Positions 17,580 through 27,741 of a DNA stretch of 64,000 nucleotides are shown one piece after another (position 1 is the first letter of the stretch; the number at the start of each line of letters is the position of its first letter). The position numbers and the translations under genes are program-made. The stretch covers positions 1,856,001-1,920,000 of the forward strand of contig CP143273.1 in NCBI GenBank assembly GCA_051013385.1, in the 5' to 3' direction. The notes under the pieces were generated by a model. It worked only from the letters and a program-made list of their open reading frames with translations. It was not told where the DNA came from and ran no database searches. Source of the DNA: Phormidium sp. Its GTDB lineage: Bacteria > Cyanobacteriota > Cyanobacteriia > Cyanobacteriales > Aerosakkonemataceae.

Positions 17580-20500
17580 TTGACCGATCAAATGAACAGA
17601 ACAGGAAATTATAACTCTTATTCCTCTGCGATTTGGCGCTATAGTATAGCGGTTTTAACAGTAAGCTTGGTTCTGGGGATAAACTTACTCCTTGAACCGT
17701 TATTTGACACAGAAAGTCCATTTCTCCTGTTTTTTACCGCCGTGATTATTAGTGCGCTGTACGGGGGAATTTGGGCAGGAGTCTTAGCTACAATTTTGTC
17801 AGCATTAATTTGCGATCGCCTGTTTTTATTCCCACTTGGTTACTTTTTTGTTCCCAGTGTGGCGCAAAGTGTGAAGTTTATTTTATTTATTTGTGAAGGC
17901 GTTTTTATTAGCTACACTATTGGGCAATTAAATATAGCTAAACAGCGATTGTTAGGGGGGGGAAAGGCATCAGAATCAAATCAAATAATAAATATTTTAA
18001 AGAAGGAATCAAACCCAAATTATGCGGTTTTTTTATTAGATGCAAAAGGGGTGGTTGCTAGTTGGAATCAACAGGCAGAAAAGCTCAAGGGATATCAAGC
18101 AAAGGAGATTATTGGAAAGCATTTTTCTTGTTTCTATCCCCAGTCAGATATTGCCCAAAAAAATCCCGATCGCTACTTGCAAATCGCCGCCACAGAAGGA
18201 CATATAGAAAAAGAAGGATGGCGAATTCGCCAAGATGGTTCTCGGTTTTGGGCAAATGCGATAATTACAGCATTGCGAGATGAAAAGGGAAATTTGACAG
18301 GATTTTGCAAATTAACGCGAGATTTAAGCAGTCGCAGACAAACGGAAGATTCTTTGCCACAGCCAAACAATAACTTAAACTTAGAAACGCGCATCCAAGA
18401 ACGCACCGCCCAACTAACAGCAGCAAATCGAGAATTACAGCAGCAAATAGAAGAAACAAGGAAAGCAGAAGCAGCATGGCAGATGAGCGAACAACGCTTT
18501 CGGGCGATCTTTAATCAGACATTTCAGTTTACTGGATTGATGAAACCAGATGGTACTTTAATAGAAGCTAATGAAACAGCCTTAAAATTTGGTGGATTAA
18601 AGCGAGAAGATGCGATCGATCGCCCATTTTGGGAAGCCCGGTGGTGGACAATTTCCAGAGAAACCCAAGAAAGATTAAAACAAGCAATTCAACAAGCCGC
18701 CAACAACCAATTTGTGCGCTACGAAGTAGAGGTTTTAGGTGCAAAAGATACAGTCATAACGATCGACTTTTCCATCAAACCAATATGCGATGAATCCGGG
18801 CAAGTAGTATTATTAATTCCCGAAGGGCGAGACATTAGCGAACGCAAACAAGCCGAACAAACATTGCAAAGCTTCTTCGACGCAGCCCCGATGATGATGG
18901 GCATTGTAGAACTAATCGACGATCGAGACATCCTGCACATAGCTGATAATGCTACCACAGCGAAATTTTTTGGTGTAGAAGCGATTCAGGAATCACCTGT
19001 ACAAAAAATGCGAAACGCCAAAGCAAGCGAAATGGGAGTACCAAAGGAACATATTCAACAATGGATTAAACATTACCGAGAGGCAGAACGCACCCAAGCC
19101 CCCGTTCGCTTTGAATACACCCATGTTACTCAACAAGGAGAACGCTGGCTATCAGCAACGGTTAGCTTAATTTCCGCGAAATTGGGTAGCCGTTCCCGCT
19201 TTGCTTACATTGTGGAAGATATTACCGATCGCAAACTTGCCGAAGCCCAAATTCACCAACTGAACACCGAACTAGAACAAAGAGTTCAAGAACGCACCGC
19301 CCAACTACAAATAGAAATTGCCCAAAGAGAACGCGCCCTACAAGAATTACAGCAAACCGAAGAAGCATTGCGGCAAAGTGAAGCACAATTTCGGATGGTA
19401 GCCGAAACAATGCCCCAAATAGTTTGGACAGCCTTGCCCGACGGTGCGGTAGACTACTACAACCAACGATGGACAGAATATAGCGGCATTCCCCAAACAG
19501 CAGGATACAAGTGGGGTTGGCAACCTATCCTACATCCAGAAGATGAACAACGCACGGTAGAGGCGTGGAAAAAAGCAGTGCAAACTGGAGAACTCTACGA
19601 ATGCGAACACCGCCTCAGAAGGGCGGATGGCGAATTTCGCTGGTTTCTCAGTCGCAGTTTACCCCTCCGCAATAGTCAAGGGCAAATAATTAAATGGTTT
19701 GGTACTGCTACTGATATTCACGAACAAAAGCAGGTGCAAGAAGCCTTAAGGCAAAGCGAACAAAAGTTCCGGGCAGCAGTTGATAATATCCCTGATACTT
19801 TTGTCATTTACGATGCAAAACGCCGTTTGCAGTTCGTCAATGCAGAAGGTTTGCGTCGAATTAACCAGCCACTAGAAGCATTGTTAGGTCGTCGGGATGA
19901 GGAAATTCATCCACCATCAGTCACAGATGACTATCTACCATTCTTAGAGTGGTCAGTGGAAACTTTGACTACTCAGAGTTTTGAATGCACTACTACCCTA
20001 CCTAGCTATGGTACTTATAGCGCAATTATTTCATATATTCCCTTACTTAATGACCAAGGGGAACTCTATCAAATTCTTGGCATTACTCACGATATTACTA
20101 AGCGCAAACGTGCTGAAGAAGCTTTGCGGTTAAGTTTAGAACGCTTCCGCATTGCTTTAGAAAATTCCCCGATCGCAGTTTTCAACCAAGACCGACAACT
20201 TCGCTACACTTGGATTTACAATCCTCGATTAGGCTACAAAGCAGAGGAAGTTCTGGGCAAAACAGATGCCGATCTCATGCAACCAGATGATGCTGCTAAA
20301 GTAACCGAAATCAAACAGCGGGTACTTTTAACCGGAAAAGGAGTGAGGGAAGAAGTTCACGCCAGTAAAACTGGAGAGTTTTCTTACTATGAACTAAATG
20401 TACAACCATTACGGGACGATTTCGAGCGAATTGTTGGCATTACCGCCTCTGCGATCGATATTACCGAACGCAAACGCACAGAAGCACAGCTGCAAATTCG

Positions 20501-21713
20501 GGCACAACAACAAGCGGCGATCGCACATTTAGGACAAAGGGCATTATCTGGCATAAACTTAGATCAATTGATGAAAGAAGCCACAAGTTTAATTGCTCAA
20601 ACCCTGAACGTTGCATATTGTGAAATTCTCGAACTTTTGCCCGATAGACAACAAACGATCGTGCGTTCAGCTTTTGGCTTCCCGGAAAGCGTCATCGGAC
20701 AAAGCATATTTAATACAGGTTTGCCATCTCAAGCTGGTTATACAATAGATGCTTGTGAAACAGTAATAGTCAATGACTTAGCGTCTGAAACTCGCTTTAC
20801 TTCTTCCCCCTTGTTCCCAGAATATCAAATCATCAGTGGACTAAGTACAATTATTGCCGGAGTTCCCCAACCCTTCGGTGTTTTACAAGTTCATACCACT
20901 AATGAATATACTTTTACTCAGGATGATATTAACTTCTTGCAAGCTGGGGCAAATATCCTCGCAGAAGCAATTCAAAGACAAAAAGCTAAGGAAATTTTAC
21001 AGCGGCAATCAGAAGAGATAGCTTTAGCAAATCGCCTCAAGGATGAATTTTTGGCAACTATTTCTCACGAACTGCGGACTCCGCTTAATTCAATGTTAGG
21101 TTGGGCGAAACTTTTGCCTACCAGGAATTTTAGCCCGGAAACTGTGAATAGGGCGATCGAAACTATTTCCCGCAATACTCAAGCTTTAGCACAAATAATT
21201 GAAGATGTGCTAGATATGTCCGATATCATTCGCGGTAGGTTAAATTTACAAGTTGAGCCTGTGTCATTGGATCTAGTGGTTGAAGGGGCGATCGCTTCCA
21301 TCAATCTAGCAGCAGAAGCGAAAAATATTCAAATCTGCTCCCAGATCGATTACTCTGTAGGAATTGTTTTGGGTGATGCCAGTCGCTTACAACAAATAGT
21401 TTGGAATTTGCTCTCTAACTCAGTCAAATTTACCCCCAAAGGTGGAACAGTAGAAGTAAAGCTGACTACAATTAATCACCTTGCCCAAATTCAAGTCAGC
21501 GACACCGGAAGAGGCATTAGTCCTGATTTCTTACCTCATGTTTTCGATCGCTTCCGTCAAGAAGATGGTTCCACTACTCGTTCTTACGGAGGTTTGGGTT
21601 TGGGATTAGCGATCGTCCGTTACCTAGTCGAACTACACGGTGGTACAATTCTAGCCGAAAGCTCAGGTCATGGACAAGGCGCAACCTTTACCGTCCAGTT
21701 TCCCCTCCTGTAA
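17580..21713 (+). CDS. Membrane-anchored multi-PAS/GAF sensor histidine kinase
   Basis: DUF4118-like TM region, about 6 PAS/PAC units ending in DI(T/S/H), a GAF domain, H-box 'SHELRTPL' and N/G1/F/G2 boxes. No receiver domain. Confidence 0.9.
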   Translation: MTDQMNRTGNYNSYSSAIWRYSIAVLTVSLVLGINLLLEPLFDTESPFLLFFTAVIISALYGGIWAGVLATILSALICDRLFLFPLGYFFVPSVAQSVKFILFICEGVFISYTIGQLNIAKQRLLGGGKASESNQIINILKKESNPNYAVFLLDAKGVVASWNQQAEKLKGYQAKEIIGKHFSCFYPQSDIAQKNPDRYLQIAATEGHIEKEGWRIRQDGSRFWANAIITALRDEKGNLTGFCKLTRDLSSRRQTEDSLPQPNNNLNLETRIQERTAQLTAANRELQQQIEETRKAEAAWQMSEQRFRAIFNQTFQFTGLMKPDGTLIEANETALKFGGLKREDAIDRPFWEARWWTISRETQERLKQAIQQAANNQFVRYEVEVLGAKDTVITIDFSIKPICDESGQVVLLIPEGRDISERKQAEQTLQSFFDAAPMMMGIVELIDDRDILHIADNATTAKFFGVEAIQESPVQKMRNAKASEMGVPKEHIQQWIKHYREAERTQAPVRFEYTHVTQQGERWLSATVSLISAKLGSRSRFAYIVEDITDRKLAEAQIHQLNTELEQRVQERTAQLQIEIAQRERALQELQQTEEALRQSEAQFRMVAETMPQIVWTALPDGAVDYYNQRWTEYSGIPQTAGYKWGWQPILHPEDEQRTVEAWKKAVQTGELYECEHRLRRADGEFRWFLSRSLPLRNSQGQIIKWFGTATDIHEQKQVQEALRQSEQKFRAAVDNIPDTFVIYDAKRRLQFVNAEGLRRINQPLEALLGRRDEEIHPPSVTDDYLPFLEWSVETLTTQSFECTTTLPSYGTYSAIISYIPLLNDQGELYQILGITHDITKRKRAEEALRLSLERFRIALENSPIAVFNQDRQLRYTWIYNPRLGYKAEEVLGKTDADLMQPDDAAKVTEIKQRVLLTGKGVREEVHASKTGEFSYYELNVQPLRDDFERIVGITASAIDITERKRTEAQLQIRAQQQAAIAHLGQRALSGINLDQLMKEATSLIAQTLNVAYCEILELLPDRQQTIVRSAFGFPESVIGQSIFNTGLPSQAGYTIDACETVIVNDLASETRFTSSPLFPEYQIISGLSTIIAGVPQPFGVLQVHTTNEYTFTQDDINFLQAGANILAEAIQRQKAKEILQRQSEEIALANRLKDEFLATISHELRTPLNSMLGWAKLLPTRNFSPETVNRAIETISRNTQALAQIIEDVLDMSDIIRGRLNLQVEPVSLDLVVEGAIASINLAAEAKNIQICSQIDYSVGIVLGDASRLQQIVWNLLSNSVKFTPKGGTVEVKLTTINHLAQIQVSDTGRGISPDFLPHVFDRFRQEDGSTTRSYGGLGLGLAIVRYLVELHGGTILAESSGHGQGATFTVQFPLL

Positions 21714-21749
21714 GACTCTAGGTGCAGGGGGGCAGGGGGGCAGGGGAGC

Positions 21750-22228
21750 AGTTTTGAGTTTTCAGTTTTGAGTTTTCAGTTTTGAGTTTTCAGTTTTGAG
21801 TTTTCAGTTTTGAGTTTTCAGTTTTGAGTTTTCAGTTTTCAGTTTTCAGTTTTCAGTTTTCAGTTTTCAGTTTTCAGTTTTCAGTTTTCAGTTTTCAGTT
21901 TTCAGTTTTCAGTTTTCAGTTTTCAGTTTTCAGTTTTCAGTTTTCAGTTTTCAGTTTTCAGTTTTCAGTTTTCAGTTTTCAGTTTTCAGTTTTCAGTTTT
22001 CAGTTTTCAGTTTTCAGTTTTCAGTTTTCAGTTTTCAGTTTTCAGTTTTCAGTTTTCAGTTTTCAGTTTTCAGTTTTCAGTTTTCAGTTTTCAGTTTTCA
22101 GTTTTCAGTTTTCAGTTTTCAGTTTTCAGTTTTCAGTTTTCAGTTTTCAGTTTTCAGTTTTCAGTTTTCAGTTTTGAGTTTTCAGTTTTCAGTTTTCAGT
22201 TTTCAGTTTTCAGTTTTCAGTTTTCAGT
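21750..22228. repeat. Very long heptamer array (GTTTTCA/GTTTTGA)n, about 68 units
   Basis: Seen directly. Count estimated as length divided by 7. Confidence 0.95.
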
Positions 22229-22238
22229 TAAAGAGTCT

Positions 22239-22323
22239 CCTTGTCCCCTTGTCCCCTTGTCCCCTTGTCCCCTTGTCCCTTGTCCCCTTGTCCCCTTGTC
22301 CCTTGTCCCCTTGTCCCCTTGTC
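22239..22323. repeat. (CCCCTTGT)n octamer array
   Basis: About 10 copies, some 7-nt variants. Confidence 0.9.
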
Positions 22324-22400
22324 TGTTTAATTTTCTTTGATGACAATGAATCAGCCCTGGGGGGGCAGGGGGGCAAGAAAGCTCTTTAACTCTAAACTCA

Positions 22401-22458
22401 GTAGGGGCAATTCATGAATTGCCCTTACTCAAAAGGGCAATTCATGAATTGCCCCTAC
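22401..22458. repeat. Two tandem REP-like palindromes GGGCAATTCATGAATTGCCC
   Basis: Seen directly. Confidence 0.85.
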
Positions 22459-22509
22459 TCAAAACTTTCCGGGTCTCCAGTCCCAAGACCAGCCTAATTG
22501 TACAAAAAA

Positions 22510-22601
22510 CGGAGAGGGAGGGATTCGAACCCTCGGATGGGTCTTACGAGTCCATCAACAGATTAGCAATCTGCCGCTTTCGACCACTCAGCCACCTCTC
22601 C
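22510..22601 (-). tRNA. tRNA-Ser(GCT)
   Basis: Reverse complement: GGAGAGGTGGCTGAGTGGTCGAAAGCG..GCAGA-TT-GCT-AA-TCTGT, long variable arm, GGTTCGAATCC. Confidence 0.95.
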
Positions 22602-23072
22602 AAGGTGACAGAAATTTATAATAGCACGCTTTTGATAGATAATCCAGGGAATTCCCAAAAAAAAGTTTTGCACTTTCCGACCCTTGTCTAGCCTGCCCCC
22701 CTAAGACTTGAACAACCGGGTTTATAAACGAAAAATCTAGGCTTTCAGGTTTAGTTATTGGCGACAAACCCGGTTTTTAACCTGCTAGATCTGAGTTAAC
22801 ATTACTTGTCAAACATGATGAGTATGGTTGAAGTTAAGGGAGAGAGTATTTTAATTTACCAGATTATAGTCTGGTCTTTATATTTTTTCACTCTTAAGTA
22901 ATATCTTCACTTGCGGGGATCAATCTCTCCCTTAGCTGATGTTATCAGAGCAATTGATCCTTACTCTAAATATCAAAAGCTCAAATTTAAAACTTGAGTT
23001 TATCAGGCGGCTACTAATTTTAAGAACCTCTAGTTTCGGCTGTCATTTAATTACACCAACACTTACAAAACT

Positions 23073-24344
23073 ATGTTTTCCCCAATCAAAAAGCACATTG
23101 CTCTCATATCGGTGCATGGAGATCCAGCAATTGAAATTGGTAAAGAAGAAGCTGGTGGGCAAAATGTTTATGTGCGTCAAGTAGGTCAAGCTTTAGCACA
23201 AAAGGGTTGGCTAGTTGATATGTTTACCCGCAAAGCTAATCCCCAACAAGATAGAATTGTGCAACATAGCCTTAATTGTCGAACAATTCGTTTAACTGCT
23301 GGCCCGGAAGAGTTTGTGCCAAGAGATGATATTTTTGTATATTTACCAGAGTTTGTGGAGAATTTTCTCCAATTTCAGCAAGAAAATCAAATTAATTACT
23401 CGCTCGTTCATACTAATTACTGGCTCTCTTCCTGGGTAGGGATGCAACTGAAAAAAACACTTGATATCAAACAAGTGCATACTTACCATTCTTTAGGTGC
23501 CGTTAAATATAAGTCAGTCACCACAATTCCGATGATTGCTACTACCCGCTTAAGCACAGAAAAAGCGGTGTTAGAAACTGCCCAGAGAATTGTCGCAACT
23601 AGTCCGCAAGAAAGAGAACACATGAGAACTTTAGTTTCTCAAAAAGGTAAAATTGACATAATTCCTTGCGGTACTGATATCAGTCATTTTGGTTCTATTA
23701 GTCGGATAGCAGCTAGGGAAAATTTGGGAATTGACCCAGAAACTAAGGTAATTTTATATGTGGGTCGTTTCGATCGACGCAAGGGAATTGAAACTTTAGT
23801 GCGTGCGGTTGGTCAATGCCAAGCGATGAAAAATCACCAGCTAAAATTAATTATTGGGGGTGGTTTTAGACCGGGACATAGTGATGGTAAAGAGTATGAT
23901 CGCATTGCCAGCATTGTAGAGGAACTAGGTTTAAACGATCTAACAATTTTCCCCGGAAGATTGAGTCGAGAAGTTTTACCAAATTACTACACTGCGGCTG
24001 ATGTAACTGTTGTTCCCAGTCACTATGAACCCTTTGGGTTAGTAACAATTGAATCGATGGCTTGTGGTACGCCAGTTATTGGCAGTGATGTTGGTGGTTT
24101 ACAATTTACGATCGTACCAGAAGAAAATGGTTTACTCTGTCCGCCTAAAGATAACGCAGCTTTTGCAGCGGCGATCGATCGCATTTTGGGCAACCCAGAA
24201 TGGCGCAACAAATTAGGAGTAAATGCCAGAGAACGAGTCGAAGAAATGTTTAGCTGGGATGGAGTTGCTTCCCAATTAACTAACCTTTACCTTGACTTAC
24301 TCAAACAACCAGCAGCGAAACAATTAAGTACTGTGAGTGCTTAG
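23073..24344 (+). CDS. GT4 glycosyltransferase, cyanobacterial sucrose-phosphate-synthase-like
   Basis: 'ISVHGDP..EAGGQNVYV', 'HTNYWLS', 'HTYHSLG' and 'EPFGLVTIESMACG'. Confidence 0.8.
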   Translation: MFSPIKKHIALISVHGDPAIEIGKEEAGGQNVYVRQVGQALAQKGWLVDMFTRKANPQQDRIVQHSLNCRTIRLTAGPEEFVPRDDIFVYLPEFVENFLQFQQENQINYSLVHTNYWLSSWVGMQLKKTLDIKQVHTYHSLGAVKYKSVTTIPMIATTRLSTEKAVLETAQRIVATSPQEREHMRTLVSQKGKIDIIPCGTDISHFGSISRIAARENLGIDPETKVILYVGRFDRRKGIETLVRAVGQCQAMKNHQLKLIIGGGFRPGHSDGKEYDRIASIVEELGLNDLTIFPGRLSREVLPNYYTAADVTVVPSHYEPFGLVTIESMACGTPVIGSDVGGLQFTIVPEENGLLCPPKDNAAFAAAIDRILGNPEWRNKLGVNARERVEEMFSWDGVASQLTNLYLDLLKQPAAKQLSTVSA

Positions 24345-24501
24345 TAACACCAGTTGCTAGTTACTTGAAATGGTTACTTTGTTGCCCTTGGACATTACTC
24401 ACATCTTGCAGCCTGTGAGGTAGAACCTCCCAATACTCGTTCCCCGGTTCAACCTGGGAACGAGAAACAACGCTGTAGAGACGTTGCATGAAACGTCTCT
24501 A

Positions 24502-24685
24502 CCGGGACTTAGACAAAAGTTGCCTTAAAAACAGGCTCAAACCCAGTCGCCAAGGAGATTTGAGGTTGATTTGTGTTTTTCCTTGCTACGACTGGGTTTG
24601 AGCCTAATATATCCCATTAAAGGTAAAACTCTCTCCCAGCAAGGAATACAGGTGGATTTCAGCCCAGAATTTGTCTAAGTCCCGA
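24502..24685. mobile_element. MITE with 15-bp terminal inverted repeats, flanked by TA
   Basis: CGGGACTTAGACAAA (24503-24517) / TTTGTCTAAGTCCCG (24670-24684), an internal 17-bp inverted repeat, and TA at 24500-24501 and 24686-24687. Confidence 0.75.
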
Positions 24686-24750
24686 TAGTAGTTTAGGCGA
24701 TCGGATCGCAGATGCGATCGTCTAAACTACTGTTAATTTTTTTACTTTTT

Positions 24751-25977
24751 TTACCTTTCTTTCCTTCTGCCCTCTACCTTTTTCCTTCTGCTTTCACCTG
24801 TAGCTACACGAGGAAGGCGATGTTTAAAACCGCAAAGAATTTCCCAGGAAATAGTACCTAAAATTTCTGCCCAATCATCAGCGCCAATTTGCAAATCGCC
24901 ATCTTTGCCTAAAACAGTTACTACTTCTCCTACTTGTAGATCGGGAATTGCACTAACATCGAGCATTATTTGATCCATTGTAATCGCTCCCAATTGGGGG
25001 ACTTGCTGACCGCGAATTAAAACTTTCATTTTGTTAGAAAGGTTGCGGGGAATGCCGTCTGCGTAGCCAATTCCGATTACTGCTAAACGCATTTCTTGGT
25101 CAGCAATGAATTGATAGCCGTAGCTTACACCAGTACCAGCAGCAATGGTTTTAACTTGGGTGACTCTGGCTTTTACCTGCATTACTGGTTTAAGTTCTAC
25201 CACTTGTTTTAAATGAGTTGCTGGGTAAAGTCCGTAGGTAGCCAAGCCAACTCTTACCATATCATAGTGTAAGTTGCGACTGGTTAAAGCCGCAGCTGTG
25301 TTTGCTAAATGTAGTCGGGGAAATTGCCTACCTAAGTTGTTAATTTTACTGTTATTTAAGCGAGTAGCAACTGCATTTTTCGCTGCTTCAAACCGCCGCT
25401 GTTGTTCTTTCATAATTGTTGGATCGGGACTATCAGCGGTGGCTAAGTGTGAATAGATACTGGCTATTTCTAAATTCGGACAATGATAAACTAGCTGGAC
25501 AAAATCAGCGGCTTCTTGCCAGTTAGTTCCTAATCGTGACATTCCCGTATCTAATTTAATATGGACAGGTATATTTTGATTTAGGGAAGCCAAAGTTTCC
25601 GAATAAATTAAAGCTTGTTGGGGAGTGCAAAGGGTAGGTTGTAATTTCCATTGTGCGATCGCTTCAATTTGCTCCGGCGTATTGGTTGCCCCTAAAATTA
25701 AAATTGGCGCATTTATCCCCGCTTGGCGTAACTCAATTCCCTCCGGTATTGTCGCCACTCCCAGCCAACTAGCTCCCGCTTGTAAAGCTGTTTGTGCTAC
25801 AACACAAGCACCATGTCCATAAGCGTCTGCCTTTACCACCGTCATCAGTTGCGTTTGGGGTGCTAAAAGATTTTTCATTTGCTGTACATTGTGAGCTAAA
25901 GCTGCTAAATCTATTTCTACCCACGCACGTTCGCATCGCATTGCAGCTAAAGCAGAAGTTTGCTCCCAACTTAACAT
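24751..25977 (-). CDS. alr: Alanine racemase
   Basis: 'VVKADAYGHG', 'KLDTGMSRLG' and 'IGYADG'. Confidence 0.95.
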   Translation of the reverse strand: MLSWEQTSALAAMRCERAWVEIDLAALAHNVQQMKNLLAPQTQLMTVVKADAYGHGACVVAQTALQAGASWLGVATIPEGIELRQAGINAPILILGATNTPEQIEAIAQWKLQPTLCTPQQALIYSETLASLNQNIPVHIKLDTGMSRLGTNWQEAADFVQLVYHCPNLEIASIYSHLATADSPDPTIMKEQQRRFEAAKNAVATRLNNSKINNLGRQFPRLHLANTAAALTSRNLHYDMVRVGLATYGLYPATHLKQVVELKPVMQVKARVTQVKTIAAGTGVSYGYQFIADQEMRLAVIGIGYADGIPRNLSNKMKVLIRGQQVPQLGAITMDQIMLDVSAIPDLQVGEVVTVLGKDGDLQIGADDWAEILGTISWEILCGFKHRLPRVATGESRRKKVEGRRKER

Positions 25978-26205
25978 TCCGTCTCACTCCTTGATCACTC
26001 ACACTCGATCGCCATTTGCCCAGCATTATCGGACAATACCTGACTGGTTTGGCAAAATTAAACCACTAAATTGATACTAGATTAACTCGATAGTAAGTAA
26101 ATTTTACATTTACCTAACAAACAATGCCAAGGTAAATTTCAGTATTATTATCATTCTACAAATATTTTTTCCCAAGTTAGACTATAGTAAATATCAATTG
26201 GGATT

Positions 26206-27510
26206 ATGAAGCGAATTCTCTTGGGTGACAAACTAATTACCTATTTTTCCGTACCCTGTATTTTTTTTATCACCTCTTTATTGCTGATTTATTTACAATC
26301 CGAGTTACAACTTTATCGGGTCATGCAACTACTTATCGTTGAGTTACAAGGAATCCGCATTCATAACCTTTTGGCAAGTCAATATGCAATTAACTTCTGG
26401 GGATCATCGGGATTTTTCTTAATAGTTTATGCTTTAGCAAAAAGATTACCTTGCTTCAAGATTAAACAGGAATCTCAGCCTGAGTTACAGTCAGAGGAAT
26501 CAAAGTATCGGAGGATTTTTGAAAACGCTACAGAAGGAATTTACCAAACTACACCCAATGGCAAATTTATTAGTGCTAATCCGGCTATAGCAAATATTTT
26601 AGGGTACGATTCCCCGGCAGAACTAATGAACACAATTACAGATATTAGTAGCCAAATTTATGTAGAGCCAAACAGACGAGAAAAATTTATCAGGACTTTG
26701 AAGAAAGATAGTATTACAGCGAGATTTGTGTCCTTAGTTCGACGCAAAGATGAGAAATTAATTTGGATTGCAGAAAAAGCGCATAGCGTCAAAAATTCCC
26801 AAGGGGAATTGCTTTATTATGAAGGGACAGTGGAGGACGTTACTAATCACAAAATTGCCGAAGAAGCGCTGCAATATCAACAAGAACAAACAGAAAGGCT
26901 ACTTTTTAATATCTTACCCGGACCGATCGCAGTCAGGCTGCAAATGCAGGAAAGCATTATTGCTGATAGTTTTCCTGAAGCTACAGTTATGTTTGCTGAT
27001 CTAGTGAATTTTACCGAACTTTGTAATACTATTCCTCCCACTGAGTTAGTGAGATTGCTCAATGAGATTTTTTCCGTGTTCGATCGATTAGCCGAACAAT
27101 ATGGTTTAGAAAAAATTAAAACTATTGGGGATGCTTATATGGTAGCAGGAGGCATTCCAATTTCGAGAGAAGATCATGCAGATGCGATCGCACAAATGGC
27201 CTTAGATATGTTAAAAGAAATCAAACATTTTCACACCAAAGACGGACAACCTTTTAGCATCCGCATCGGGATTCATAGTGGACCCGTAGTTGCAGGAGTA
27301 ATCGGGCTTAAAAAAATTATTTATGACCTTTGGGGTGATACCGTAAATATTGCTAGCCGCATGGAATCCCAAGGAATTCCCGATAAAATTCAAGTAACGG
27401 AATTTACTTATAATATTTTATGTGGTAAATATCTATTTCAGGAAAGGGGAATGATTTCCGTTAAAGGTAAAGGCGAAATGAAGACATATTTTTTGGTTGA
27501 CAAGCTTTAA
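26206..27510 (+). CDS. Class III adenylate cyclase (2TM-PAS-cyclase)
   Basis: 'FADLVNFT', 'KIKTIGDAYM' and 'YDLWGDTVNIASRMES' (Lys/Asp pair consistent with ATP specificity). Confidence 0.9.
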   Translation: MKRILLGDKLITYFSVPCIFFITSLLLIYLQSELQLYRVMQLLIVELQGIRIHNLLASQYAINFWGSSGFFLIVYALAKRLPCFKIKQESQPELQSEESKYRRIFENATEGIYQTTPNGKFISANPAIANILGYDSPAELMNTITDISSQIYVEPNRREKFIRTLKKDSITARFVSLVRRKDEKLIWIAEKAHSVKNSQGELLYYEGTVEDVTNHKIAEEALQYQQEQTERLLFNILPGPIAVRLQMQESIIADSFPEATVMFADLVNFTELCNTIPPTELVRLLNEIFSVFDRLAEQYGLEKIKTIGDAYMVAGGIPISREDHADAIAQMALDMLKEIKHFHTKDGQPFSIRIGIHSGPVVAGVIGLKKIIYDLWGDTVNIASRMESQGIPDKIQVTEFTYNILCGKYLFQERGMISVKGKGEMKTYFLVDKL

Positions 27511-27741
27511 AAATGACAAAATAAAAGCAGTTGTCCGGCAATCTACGTTAAATTAGATACTTCAATAAAAACTACAGCTAGTCAAGTTGGTAGAGGGGTG
27601 TTTTCTCAGGTAAATTCGGCAAATTCAGCTAAATTCAGCCAGAAACCTAAAATTAGCTAAACTGTCAGGGTAGCGTTCTTACTGACTGATTGTTTGACCG
27701 ATGAAAATTCCATTAGTACGACTTTCGATTAATTTATATCT

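Noticed and set aside
17580..21713. Kinase truncated by the downstream repeat array (missing receiver domain)
   Set aside because: The HATPase domain ends normally with a stop before the repeats, and no receiver remnant is visible. Non-hybrid kinases are common.
21824..22389. ORFs encoding (FSVFSFQ)n and PLSPC repeats
   Set aside because: They are translations of stop-free heptamer and octamer arrays, with no other sign of being genes.
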